Positions 28,610 through 38,264 of a DNA stretch of 64,000 bases are shown here, one piece after another. Under the pieces are notes generated by a model. The model was given only the letters and a program-made list of their open reading frames with translations, made no database searches and was not told the origin of the DNA. The position numbers were made by a program, and so were the translations under genes. The DNA is from Candidatus Multivorans sp. (GTDB taxonomy: Bacteria > Acidobacteriota > Thermoanaerobaculia > Multivoradales > Multivoraceae): assembly GCA_965247095.1 (NCBI GenBank), contig OZ251997.1:4256001-4320000 (forward strand), written 5' to 3'. The first letter of the stretch is position 1. Each line of letters starts with the position of its first letter.

Positions 28610-29885
28610 CATTGCTGTCCCACAAACTTCAGAGTAGAGCGAGTTGAGTTCGCGTGTTGTTCGGGTCGGGTGGTCCGCTCGGAGGTTCGAAGAGGTCCAG
28701 CAGCGATCTTCGGTCGAACAGGTTGAGTTGCAGAAGGCGCAGGATCCGGCTCATGCTCCAGGACATCTTGTTGACGAACTTCAGGTAGGCGAGCAGGAGA
28801 TGGACGCACACGGCGATCCAGATCTGCGTCATGACCGCGTTGGGCGAGGCGCCGACGAAACTCTTGATGCGCAGGTTCTGTTTGATCCACTTGAAGAAGA
28901 GCTCGACCTGCCAGCGCGCCTTGTAGATGTCCGCGATGGTCTTCGGGGCGAGGCTGAAGTTGTTGGTCAGGAACTTGTAGTGCCGGCCCGTCTCCGGGTC
29001 GCGATAGCCGACCCGACGCAACGGAATCGGGCACCGCTTGCGCCCCTTGACGCTGGTCAGCTCGATGGTCTGGTCCGACGTCACGCCCCGGCCGCGAGCG
29101 AACGAGCGCCGCTCCCGAACCGCGTACTTGACCTTGCGCTTCAGGCGGGTGACCAGGAAAACCCCTTGTGCATCAAGGTCCTTCAGCCATCCGAAGTCGA
29201 GGTACAGACGGTCCGCCGCCACGATGCTCCCCTTCGGAAGACGAAGCGACCGGGCCACCTCGAGGTCCGAGCCCTTGCCGTCGGTGACGTGCAGGAACGA
29301 CGGCAGACAGCCCTCGTGGTCGAGACCCACGTGCAGCTTCAACGCCCCCTTGGTCTTGCGGTACCGCGCCCAGGGAAACACCTTCAGGCACAGGTCCACG
29401 TACGTGGCGTCGAGCGACAACAGCTTGTTCCGGAAACGGAACCCATGCCCCGGCGCCGCCGCCTGACAACGGCTCAGAAGGCGACCGAACAGCGCCTCGT
29501 ACAGTTCGTGAGGCTGCTCTCTGTTCACCCGCGCCAGCGAAGATCGGGCTACCCGGCCAACGCCGAGATGGTACAGCTTGTGAGCCTGCGCATCCAGGTT
29601 CGACACGATGTCTCGCAGACTGCGCCGCCCGGAAAGCTGCGCCATCGCCATCGCTACGAACTGGCCCCAGCGGCTCATCGAGCGCAGCTTGCGTCCCCTG
29701 TGATGCCGCCGGGCCTCCCGCTCGAACTCATGTCTCGACACCAGCTTGAGGAACTGGCCAAGTACGGTACTATTGTGCGCCATGGGTCTGGATCTCCTTG
29801 CCGTCATTGGCTTTGCTTGAACACCAATCATGCGACAAGGCACGGTTCAGACCCATCCTTCCTCCCCGTTTGTGGGACAGCACTG
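28610..29885 (-). mobile_element. IS4-family insertion sequence
   Basis: IRs CATTGCTGTCCCACAAAC and GTTTGTGGGACAGCACTG; no target duplication seen. Confidence 0.88.
28629..29783 (-). CDS. IS4 transposase (DUF4372 + DDE_Tnp_1)
   Basis: LDAT, ADRLY, YKARWQVELFFKWIKQ (YREK motif). Confidence 0.92.
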   Translation of the reverse strand: MAHNSTVLGQFLKLVSRHEFEREARRHHRGRKLRSMSRWGQFVAMAMAQLSGRRSLRDIVSNLDAQAHKLYHLGVGRVARSSLARVNREQPHELYEALFGRLLSRCQAAAPGHGFRFRNKLLSLDATYVDLCLKVFPWARYRKTKGALKLHVGLDHEGCLPSFLHVTDGKGSDLEVARSLRLPKGSIVAADRLYLDFGWLKDLDAQGVFLVTRLKRKVKYAVRERRSFARGRGVTSDQTIELTSVKGRKRCPIPLRRVGYRDPETGRHYKFLTNNFSLAPKTIADIYKARWQVELFFKWIKQNLRIKSFVGASPNAVMTQIWIAVCVHLLLAYLKFVNKMSWSMSRILRLLQLNLFDRRSLLDLFEPPSGPPDPNNTRTQLALL

Positions 29886-30776
29886 GTACTGGGTGAACGG
29901 GGACCGCAATGCGGCTGTCGCTCCGTTGATATGCGAAGGGCGCTTGAGTGGGGGAGCGGCGGCGCTCGATCCAGGGGGTGTAGAGACCACGCGAAGCGTA
30001 TTCGGGACCGGCAGCCTGTTCGTGCATGACACGCAGGGTCTAATGGGGATTGTTCCCCACTTGTCTGGATCTGCGGGCGGACCAGGGAATGACGGCGCCG
30101 GCAGAGAATGTACGGACACCAGATCCCTGGCGTTGCGCCATGATTCCTACTTCGGAGACCACGGCGTAGTCGGGGAGTGGGATGGAACCCCGTTTCGTGT
30201 GGACATGGTGCGCAACTTTCCCGAGTTCGTCACCGACACAGATCTCCAGCAGTTGCTCGATCCGATCGGTCGACTCGCCGATCAGATCGAAGCGCAGCTC
30301 GGGTACCGGATCGTTGAGATGGGCGAGTTGATCGAGGTCCCGTCCAGCGCACCAGCGCGTTGGGATCAGGAATTCGGTCGCTTCTCGCAGTCCTATCTGC
30401 TTCGCGAGCGCGGTCAGATCCTTGTGTTCTACATGAACGACGATAACCCTCAGGATTGGGATGGCAGGGGGGCTCAATAATGAGCGCCCATGCCTGTTGC
30501 GGGACTCTGAGCTACAACAAACGCGCCCTGGGGCCATGGTGGACCGATGACGATCCTTGTTGTCAGGGGAACGCCAATCGACGCGACGGAGAGGTCATCG
30601 TCCACGAGTTGTTTCATCTCCTGGGTTTCAAGCACGCCTTGGATCAGCCCGAGTTGATCGGAGTTGAAATGTCGCGCGGTGCGCTCGATGTTCCGTGGGA
30701 GACCGGATCTCGGGTTTTCTACGCGACAAAGAGCGATGTGGACAATCTCGGGTGCATCTTTCCTGAAGGCGGATGA
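29886..30776 (+). pseudogene. Truncated, frameshifted zinc-metalloprotease-like gene
   Basis: Two overlapping frames (ending 30480 and 30776); HELFHLLGFKH zincin motif; 5' end cut at IS4. Confidence 0.55.
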
Positions 30777-30790
30777 AGTGCTTGATCGTG

Positions 30791-33700
30791 CTACCGGAAG
30801 TCGTGGCTCGGTACTCTCTCCAGCCGGTCGATGGGCCAGAACTTGTCCGCCTTGACGGATAGCGAGCCGTCCTTCTTCTGCAGTACGCCTTCGACGATCA
30901 GGCCGGAGGACGAGACGATCGTGCGGCGGTGCTTCTTGAGCTGGTCCGGCATGACGACCGCCTGGCTCATGCCGGTCTCATCCTCCAGGGTCAGGAACAG
31001 GAGGCCGCGGGCGGTGCCCGGGCGTTGGCGGACGATGACCGAGCCGGCGGTACGTACGCGGCGGCCGGCGGGCCGGTCCGGGAGTGCGGCCGCGGTCACG
31101 ACCCGGCGGCGGTCGAGCGCGCGGCGGTAGTACTCCATCGGGTGAGGGCCGGTGGTGATGGAGGCGATGGCGAAATCGGCGGCGGTCTCTTCCATCGGCG
31201 TCATCTCGTCGAGCGGCGAGGGAGTGGCGGTTGGAAGGTCCGCGAACAGGGGCCCCTTCGGTTTGTCGACCTGGGCCACCTGCCAGAGTGCGGCGCGCCG
31301 GCCGCGCCCAGGCAACGCGCCAATGGACGCCAGGGCCGCGAGCTCATGCCGGCGCAGGCGGCAGCGCTCGGCCAGATCCTCGATGGAACGGAACCGCCTC
31401 GCCGCCTGCTCGGCCTCGATCCGCTCCGCCGCTTCGCGCCGCATCCCCTTGATGTAGCGGAGCCCGAGGCGGATCGCGCCGGGCGGGGGCGGTTCGCCCG
31501 GCCGCGCCGCCCCGTCGTTCTCCACCGGCCGGTCCTGCCAGCGGCACCTGACCCCCGATTCGTTCACGTCGATCGGCAGCACGACGCTGCCCGCGCGCTG
31601 CGCTTCGCGGACCAGGGTCGCCGGGTGGTAGAAGCCCATCGGCCAGGCGTTCAGGAGCGAAAGGAAGAAGGCGGTCGGGTGGTGGCGCTTGAGGTAGGCG
31701 CTGGCGTAGGCGATCAGGGCGAAGCTGGCGGAGTGCGACTCGGGGAAACCGTAGAGCGCGAACGACGTGATCGCCTTGACGATCTGCTCCTGGGCCTGGC
31801 CGCGAATACCGCGCTCGTTCATGCCGGAGCGCAGCCGCTGTTCGATCTGCTGCATGCGCTCGACGGAACGCTTGAAGCCCATCGCGCGCCGCAGATCCTC
31901 CGCCTCGCCGCCGGAGAAGCCGGCCGCGACCATGGCGATCTTGAGAATCTGCTCCTGGAAGATCGGGACACCGAGGGTGCGGCGCAGGATCGGTTCGAGC
32001 AGCGGGTGAGGATAGGTGACCTCCTCGCGCCCCACCCTGCGCTCGAAGAAGGGATGGGCCATGCGGCCGACGATCGGTCCAGGGCGGATGATCGCGATCT
32101 GGATCACCAGGTCGTAGAACTTGTATGGCCGGTGGCGCGGCAGGGACGCCATCTGCGCCCGGCTCTCGATCTGGAAGACGCCGACCGTGTCGGCCCGGCA
32201 GATCATCTCGTAGACCGCGGGGTCGTCGGGCGGCAGGTGGGCGAGGTCGATCTCCCTGCCCTCGTGCCGGCGGATCATGGGCACCGCCTCCTCAAGCGCG
32301 TTCAGCATGCCGAGGCCGAGCAGGTCGACCTTGATGATCCCCAGATCGGCGCAGTCGTCCTTGTCCCACTGGACGATGACCCGATTCTCCATCGCCGCCG
32401 GTTCAAGCGGCACGATCTCGTCCAGCCGTCCGGCGCAGAGCACCATGCCGCCCGAGTGCTGGCCTAAGTGGCGGGGATGGTTCTGAAGCTGCCGCCACAG
32501 GCGGACGAAGAGCTGGATGCGCCGGTCGCGGGGATCGAACCCGAGCTCGGTCAGTTCCTCGTCCATCTCCTTGCTGTCGCCGCGGGAGAGATCGTAGTGC
32601 CAGTGTCCCAGGCCCTTGGCCAGCCGGTCGACCTGGGACTTGGAGCACCCGAGCGCCTTGGCCGCCTCGCGCGCGGCCATACGGTCGCGGTAGGTGATCA
32701 CGTTCGCGGTCATCGCCGCGCCGTGCCGGCCGTAGCGCCGGTAGACGTACTGGATCACCTTCTCGCGCTGGTCGCCGGACGGCAGGTCGATGTCGATGTC
32801 CGGCCACTCGCCGCGTTCCTCGGACAGGAAGCGCTCGAACAGAAGGTCCATCTTGACCGGATCGACCGCCGTGATCGATAGCGCATAGCAGACCGCGGAG
32901 TTCGCCGCCGAGCCGCGGCCCTGGGCGAAGATCCGCTGCTCCTTGCAGAAGCGGACGATGTCCCAGACGATCAGGAAGTAGCCGGCGAGGTCGAGCTTCC
33001 CGATCAGCGCGAGTTCCTTCTCGAGTTGCGCCCCGGCGCGGGCGGTGAGCGGCCGGAAGCGCTCCCGCGCCCCCTGCCAGGTCAGTTCGCGGAGGTGGGA
33101 GATCGCCGTCTCGCCGGCGGGCAGCGGGTAGTCCGGGAAGCGGTAGCCGAGGTCGGCGAGGGTGAAGTCGAGTTCCGCGGCCAGTTCGTGCGCCGCGTGG
33201 ACGGCCTGCGGCAGATCGGCGAACAGCCGGTGCATCTCCTCCGGGCTCTTCAGACGCCGCTGGCGCTCACGGGCGAGGCGCGCGCCGGCGTCGTCGACCG
33301 TCACATGGTGCCGGATCGCGGTCATCAGGTCGTAGAGGGGCTTGTCGGCAGCGGTGGCGTAGCGCACCCCGCCGGTGGCCACGACCGGCGCCTTGAGCCC
33401 CTGCGCCAGCCGGACCAGGGCCTGGTTGCGGTGTTCCTCGGCGCGGATGCCGTGCCGCGCGAGTTCCACGTGCAGGCGGCCGGGGAAGACGGCGTGCAGC
33501 CGTTCGAGCTGCCGCTGGGCGGCCTCCAACCCCTCCCGGGCCAGCGCGCGTCCGACCGGATCGGTTGCGGCGCCGGCCAGGCAGTGGAGCCCGGCCGCGT
33601 GCTCCTCGAGCAGCGTCCAGTCGATCCGGGCCTCGCCCTTGGGGTGGTTGAGCGCCCCGGCGGTCAGCAGGCGACAGAGGTTGCGATAGCCCTGTCGGCT

Positions 33701-34201
33701 TCGCACCAGGAGGTGGACGCGGGTTTCCTGGTCGTCCAGCATCGGCCGCTCTTCGCGCTGCCGCGACACCGTGGACGCCTGCGGCCGGTCGATGACCGCC
33801 TCGGCGCCGACCAGCGCCCGGATCCCCGCCTCACGCGCCGCCTTGTAGAAGCGCGGCGCGCCGGAGACGCCGTTCCGGTCGAGCAGGGCGACTGCCGGCA
33901 GCCCCAGCGCCGCCGCCCGCGCCACCAGGTCCTCAGGCTGCGACGAGCCGCGCAGGAAGGAGAACGACGAAGCGGTGTGGAGTTCGGCGTAGGGCGGGGT
34001 CCCCCGCCGGCGCTTCGGCGGAGTCTGGAACTGGCGCCGGCGCAGTTGCTCCTTGACCGCGCCCGGCGCGGCATAGCCGGGGTTCGGCTCGCCCCGGGCG
34101 TCGAGCAGCCCGTTGCCGCCGCGGTTACCGCTCTTGCGCATGGCGCCGGACAGACCCATGTTGCGGGCCGGCACGTCGACCTTGGGTACCTTGGGGGCCA
34201 T
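30791..34201 (-). CDS. dnaE2: Error-prone DNA polymerase DnaE2/ImuC
   Basis: YAELH...FSFL PHP domain, GRGSAANS, PDIDID, YGFPESH, C-terminal SHDFR ImuC signature. Confidence 0.96.
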   Translation of the reverse strand: MAPKVPKVDVPARNMGLSGAMRKSGNRGGNGLLDARGEPNPGYAAPGAVKEQLRRRQFQTPPKRRRGTPPYAELHTASSFSFLRGSSQPEDLVARAAALGLPAVALLDRNGVSGAPRFYKAAREAGIRALVGAEAVIDRPQASTVSRQREERPMLDDQETRVHLLVRSRQGYRNLCRLLTAGALNHPKGEARIDWTLLEEHAAGLHCLAGAATDPVGRALAREGLEAAQRQLERLHAVFPGRLHVELARHGIRAEEHRNQALVRLAQGLKAPVVATGGVRYATAADKPLYDLMTAIRHHVTVDDAGARLARERQRRLKSPEEMHRLFADLPQAVHAAHELAAELDFTLADLGYRFPDYPLPAGETAISHLRELTWQGARERFRPLTARAGAQLEKELALIGKLDLAGYFLIVWDIVRFCKEQRIFAQGRGSAANSAVCYALSITAVDPVKMDLLFERFLSEERGEWPDIDIDLPSGDQREKVIQYVYRRYGRHGAAMTANVITYRDRMAAREAAKALGCSKSQVDRLAKGLGHWHYDLSRGDSKEMDEELTELGFDPRDRRIQLFVRLWRQLQNHPRHLGQHSGGMVLCAGRLDEIVPLEPAAMENRVIVQWDKDDCADLGIIKVDLLGLGMLNALEEAVPMIRRHEGREIDLAHLPPDDPAVYEMICRADTVGVFQIESRAQMASLPRHRPYKFYDLVIQIAIIRPGPIVGRMAHPFFERRVGREEVTYPHPLLEPILRRTLGVPIFQEQILKIAMVAAGFSGGEAEDLRRAMGFKRSVERMQQIEQRLRSGMNERGIRGQAQEQIVKAITSFALYGFPESHSASFALIAYASAYLKRHHPTAFFLSLLNAWPMGFYHPATLVREAQRAGSVVLPIDVNESGVRCRWQDRPVENDGAARPGEPPPPGAIRLGLRYIKGMRREAAERIEAEQAARRFRSIEDLAERCRLRRHELAALASIGALPGRGRRAALWQVAQVDKPKGPLFADLPTATPSPLDEMTPMEETAADFAIASITTGPHPMEYYRRALDRRRVVTAAALPDRPAGRRVRTAGSVIVRQRPGTARGLLFLTLEDETGMSQAVVMPDQLKKHRRTIVSSSGLIVEGVLQKKDGSLSVKADKFWPIDRLERVPSHDFR

Positions 34202-34207
34202 CCGGTA

Positions 34208-34236
34208 AGCGTAAACCGGGCGGTAATAGAAGGCAA
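34208..34236 (-). promoter_or_regulatory. Putative sigma70 promoter of dnaE2 (leaderless)
   Basis: TTGCCT-17 nt-TACGCT-6 nt-ATG on the minus strand. Confidence 0.5.
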
Positions 34237-34254
34237 GAGTCTCAGCCGCTCCAT

Positions 34255-34354
34255 CCCTGGGAACCCGGGTGGCGCGCTTCCGCGCCACCCGCGACCCACT
34301 CCGTGCGTCCGTCATCGGGCGCACGGATGGCACGCGGGCATCTTGCCCGCATCC
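34255..34354. repeat. 69-70 bp double-hairpin element, copy 2, nested in a REP-like unit
   Basis: CCTGGGAAC[element]GCGGGCATCTTGCCCGCATCC; element matches 5727-5796. Confidence 0.8.
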
Positions 34355-34381
34355 GGCGCAGCGCCGGTCTGACCGGTGCGG

Positions 34382-36133
34382 CTAGTTCTGACGCCGCGGC
34401 GCGCGCAGCGGCTGCCGCGCCTGGTAGAGCGCCAGGCGATCGAGCCGCTGCGGAGAGTTGCCACCGGCCTCGGCCCGTTCCCGTTCCAGCGCCCGTTCTT
34501 GCCAGGCGACCGCGTCGTCGAAGCGCCCGGCCTCGGCCAGGGCCATCGCCAGCGTCTCGAGGTGGTCGAGTGCGGGTTGTTCGTCGACCACCGACTGGGC
34601 CAGCTCGACCGCCCGCGCACCGTCTCGCGCTGCGTCGTCGGGATTCGTAGCCAGCAATCGCGCCAGCAGGTGGCGGGTGGCGACATCGCTGGGGAAGCGC
34701 CCCAGAGCTTCGTCGAGAGCCGCACGCGCCTCGGCGTAGCGGCCGGTCTCGAACAGCATGAGCCCGAGATTGAAGCGCGCCTGCAGATCGTCCGGCGTCA
34801 GCGCGACCAGGGCTTGCAACTGGGCAGCGGCCTCTTCGGCCCGACCCGAGCCGACGAGCAGGGCGGCGAGCGGCCGCCGTGCTTCGATCATCCCGGGGTC
34901 GAGGGCGACGACCTGCCTGAGTTCGTTGATGGCGCCCGCGGTGTTGCCGGAGGCGGCCCGCATCTGCGCCCGCTGAAGCCGCCAGCGCAGATTCTGTGGC
35001 GCGAGGTCGGCGGCGCGTTCCAGGTGCTCGGCAGCCTCGGTTCGCCGTCCGCCCTGGGCGAGGTACATGGCGAGGGCGAAGTGGGCCCCGGCGTGGTCCG
35101 CGTTCAGGGAGATGGCCCGGCGCAGATGCCGTTCGCCGCGCTCGGCGTTGCCGAGCACCAGCAGTGAGCCCGCCAGCCGATAGTGGGCCTCGTCGTCCGC
35201 TTCGTCCGCTTCGAGGACCTCTTCGTACAGCTCGGTCGCCCGTTCGTGATCGCCCTCCGCGGCGGCGGCGACGGCGCGGTCGAGGGGCAGCGCGATGTCC
35301 TCCTCGAGCGGCCGCAGCCGTTCGATCAGCGGGTCGTACATGGGGATCTGGATGTCCTGGTTCAGGCGCCACGCCTCGGCAGCCCGGTCGGCGTCGCCGA
35401 GGGTGCGGTAGGCGAGACCGACGTGATGGTTCGCCTCGCTGCCCTCGGGCTGGGACGCGGCGACTTCCTGGAAGATCTCGAGCGCGCGCGCCGGATCGCC
35501 GCGTTCGAGCGCGATGTAGCCGAGGCCGACCCGGGCCGTCGCGCTCTCCGGGTAGGCCGCAATTGCGGCTTCGTACGCGGCTTCGGCGGCATCGATGTCG
35601 CCGGCCGCGACGTGGAGTTCACCCAGGCGGATGAGAGTCGGCGGGTCGTCCGGCCGGATGGCGAGCGCCTGCTCGGCGCTCGCGCGGGCCCCTTCGAGGT
35701 CGCCGTTCGCAACGGCCAGCAGCAGCTTGAAGTAGGCCCACTGGAAGTCGCCCGGCGCCAGCTCCATGATCTGATCCAGACAGGCCGCCGCCGCGTGGTG
35801 GAGCTCGTAGTGGAGGTAGCGCGCGCACAGATCACCGTACGTGTTCGCCGCCAACTGCGCCTCGAGAGGCTCCTCGGCGTGTTCCAGCGCGTTGGCGGTG
35901 AGCGCCCGGTAGTCCCGCAGCCGCTGCGCGTCGACCGCGAGGACGCCGGTCAGGTCCGGTTCCGGCACCTGGCTCAGGTCAAGCGTTTCCTTGACGCGCC
36001 GGATCTCCAGGAGTTCGGCGAAGTCCTGGGGGTGGGCGGGGATGGCCGGCGTGACCAGGAGGAGCGTCACGAGCGGGAGAGCGTGGCGAATTGGCTGCCC
36101 CTCGGAAAGGAATGTCCTCGTTGACGACCTCAT
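34382..36133 (-). CDS. Tetratricopeptide-repeat protein, exported
   Basis: Many TPR helices; C-terminal LARLLAT...DGARAVELA...LETLAMALAEAGRF. Confidence 0.88.
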   Translation of the reverse strand: MRSSTRTFLSEGQPIRHALPLVTLLLVTPAIPAHPQDFAELLEIRRVKETLDLSQVPEPDLTGVLAVDAQRLRDYRALTANALEHAEEPLEAQLAANTYGDLCARYLHYELHHAAAACLDQIMELAPGDFQWAYFKLLLAVANGDLEGARASAEQALAIRPDDPPTLIRLGELHVAAGDIDAAEAAYEAAIAAYPESATARVGLGYIALERGDPARALEIFQEVAASQPEGSEANHHVGLAYRTLGDADRAAEAWRLNQDIQIPMYDPLIERLRPLEEDIALPLDRAVAAAAEGDHERATELYEEVLEADEADDEAHYRLAGSLLVLGNAERGERHLRRAISLNADHAGAHFALAMYLAQGGRRTEAAEHLERAADLAPQNLRWRLQRAQMRAASGNTAGAINELRQVVALDPGMIEARRPLAALLVGSGRAEEAAAQLQALVALTPDDLQARFNLGLMLFETGRYAEARAALDEALGRFPSDVATRHLLARLLATNPDDAARDGARAVELAQSVVDEQPALDHLETLAMALAEAGRFDDAVAWQERALERERAEAGGNSPQRLDRLALYQARQPLRAPRRQN

Positions 36134-36152
36134 CGCTGATCGGGGGCCGCGA

Positions 36153-36547
36153 TCAGGCGACGGAAACGGGCGGAATCTCGTCTGGGCCGAGGCCCTTCTC
36201 CAGGAGGTAGTCCCGGATCCGCTCAAGAAAAGACCTTGCGCGGTGGTGTTCGGCTCGAGCGTCTTCGCCAGAGAAGTGAGCGAACCACTCTACGTGAGAT
36301 CGGTTGCCCATTGGGGTTCGATCTCTCCGGTTTGTACCAGGTGGAGGCCGAACATGCTCCGCAGGCCTGAGTGAGTGGATGTCTCTATGTCTTGAACGCA
36401 CAGAGCCGCCTTGGCAGCGTGGAAGATGGCGTAGTAGGAAGTGGTGACCGTCTCTTCCTCGTGGCCGTCCTCGCGCATCAGGATCTCGGATGCGCGGAGC
36501 GACTGCAGGGCGCGCTCCCACTCTGCGACGACCGTGGGTCGGTTCAC
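36153..36547 (-). pseudogene. HEPN-domain toxin, frameshifted with catalytic segment missing
   Basis: SYYAIFHAAKAAL...THSGLRSMFG; stop at 36290; C-terminal helix continues in another frame. Confidence 0.75.
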
Positions 36548-36888
36548 AGTACCGTCACGCCGTCACGATCGACGGATGCCCTGTACGCGGAGCGAAGCTC
36601 CTTTAGTGTGTCCCACTCTTCTTCCGTGTACGCCATGATCGAGGGCGCGATCGGCGTAGCCGCAGCGAGGTCGTAGCCGATGCGTCGGAGTTTCCGTTGA
36701 AGGTCGGCGGCTCCGTTAGCGACCAGGAGCAGGATGTCGAGGTCGCTTTCTTCGTGGGCGTCGCCACGGGCCTTCGAGCCGTAGACGACCATTCGCCGGA
36801 CCACGTCCGCGTACTCTTCCCGGAGCGCCGCGCGGTACTCGTCGAGCCAAGTCTGTTCTTCGGGGTCGAGCGTGAGCATAGTCTGCAC
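36544..36888 (-). CDS. Minimal nucleotidyltransferase (MNT antitoxin)
   Basis: YGSKARGD...SDLDILL. Confidence 0.88.
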   Translation of the reverse strand: MQTMLTLDPEEQTWLDEYRAALREEYADVVRRMVVYGSKARGDAHEESDLDILLLVANGAADLQRKLRRIGYDLAAATPIAPSIMAYTEEEWDTLKELRSAYRASVDRDGVTVL

Positions 36889-36968
36889 TCTGTCAGGTCA
36901 AAGGCACCCAGCGATCCTCGGCAACGCCGATTCTACTTCGGTCGCAGCGTGCCAACGGCCTGAAGGCC

Positions 36969-37343
36969 TCAGACCGGCTGATGGAAGTAGTAGCAGAGGC
37001 CATCCGGCGCCACGACGAAGAAGACGCGGAACTTCTTCCCGTCTCGCTTGTCGATGCGCCAGTTCTTGACCTTGACGCCGTTGCTCTTGAGCTCGGCCCG
37101 CGCTCGTTTGATGTCGGCCACCAGGATCGCCGCGCCGTCCATGCTGGCGTCGCCGCCGTTGATCGCGAAGCCGATCCGGACGCCGTCGCGTTCGAGAGTG
37201 ACCGTCGGCGCCGGCTCTTCGCGCCGTTCGACCTCCTGGAGCCCGAAGGCCTCCGCGTACCACCTCGCGGTGGCGTCGAGGTCGTCGACCGGCAGGGCGA
37301 GTACGTTGTCCTGGAACGGGTAGGCGGCCTCGAACAGCTTCAT
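36969..37343 (-). CDS. VOC/glyoxalase family protein
   Basis: [13 protein letters not shown]...[13 protein letters not shown]. Confidence 0.8.
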   Translation of the reverse strand: MKLFEAAYPFQDNVLALPVDDLDATARWYAEAFGLQEVERREEPAPTVTLERDGVRIGFAINGGDASMDGAAILVADIKRARAELKSNGVKVKNWRIDKRDGKKFRVFFVVAPDGLCYYFHQPV

Positions 37344-37396
37344 GGCAGAGCAGAATATCGCTGGAGCTCCGCGCCGGTCGTGGAATCATCGGCGCC

Positions 37397-37786
37397 ATGG
37401 ACCGCGAAGCGCTCGACCGCGCCCGGCGCAAAGCCGAGGCCATCGGCATCTCGAACGTGCAGCGGCACATCTTCCTGTGCTGCGACCAGACGACGCCGAA
37501 GTGCTGTGACCTGGACGCGTCGCTCGAGTCGTGGTCGTTCCTCAAGCGCCGCCTGGTCGAAGTGGGCCTGACGGAGTCCGGAACGGTTATGCGGACGAAG
37601 GCGAACTGCCTGCGCATCTGCGACGCGGGCCCGATCGCGGTCGTCTACCCGGAGGGCGTCTGGTACTGGGGGTGCACGCCGGAAGTCCTGGAACGGGTGA
37701 TCCAGGAACACCTGATCGGCGGCCGGGTGGTGGCGGAGCAGGTCATCGGTGGGCGAGCGCCGGGACCCACCCTGCCGGACGATTGA
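37397..37786 (+). CDS. Thioredoxin-like [2Fe-2S] ferredoxin
   Basis: HIFLC...[21 protein letters not shown]. Confidence 0.9.
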   Translation: MDREALDRARRKAEAIGISNVQRHIFLCCDQTTPKCCDLDASLESWSFLKRRLVEVGLTESGTVMRTKANCLRICDAGPIAVVYPEGVWYWGCTPEVLERVIQEHLIGGRVVAEQVIGGRAPGPTLPDD

Positions 37787-37803
37787 GGCCGGCGCGTTCG
37801 GAT

Positions 37804-38238
37804 CTACCGGGCTGCCGACACGCCGGGCGTGAGCAGTCGTTGGGCTGTGGCGTCGTTCCGCAACAACAGAGACGTCTCGTCCCGGAACGCCTTGAGAATC
37901 GTGTGGGTCGTGTCGGACGCCCCGAGGAGCATGAGGCCGGAGTCCTCGTCGGAAGTCGTGATCTTGACCCGGGGCTTCCCGTCAGCAGTGATCAAGCGGA
38001 GGATGACGGTTTCGGGATACCCGATCCGCCCGTCCGGCCACTCGTAGCCGGGGTTCTCGGGTTCCAGGACGAGCTGCGCCCGCAAGCGCCCGTTGCGGTC
38101 CACGATCTCGATCCCAGCGCCGCGCAGGACGGTGTCCTCGGCGGCGTCCGCCTTCGTGAAGTAGGGCAGTAACAGGAGCAGTGCCAGGAGCGCGAAGTTG
38201 ATCGCAGTGAGGGTCAGGAAGATCCATTGGTTCTTCAT
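37804..38238 (-). CDS. Hypothetical membrane-anchored protein
   Basis: N-terminal TM helix; LRGAGIEIVDRNGRLRAQL. Confidence 0.65.
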   Translation of the reverse strand: MKNQWIFLTLTAINFALLALLLLLPYFTKADAAEDTVLRGAGIEIVDRNGRLRAQLVLEPENPGYEWPDGRIGYPETVILRLITADGKPRVKITTSDEDSGLMLLGASDTTHTILKAFRDETSLLLRNDATAQRLLTPGVSAAR

Positions 38239-38264
38239 GCTGTTCTTCTCCTGTCGATCGGGGC

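Noticed and set aside
19963-30776. Gene-fragment mosaic as an integron or spacer-like capture array
   Set aside because: No attC-like or other recurring sequence at the junctions, and no integrase
34202-34333. Longer DnaE2 N-terminus starting at 34333
   Set aside because: The extension is the reverse translation of the repeat element; a promoter-like sequence sits just before ATG 34201
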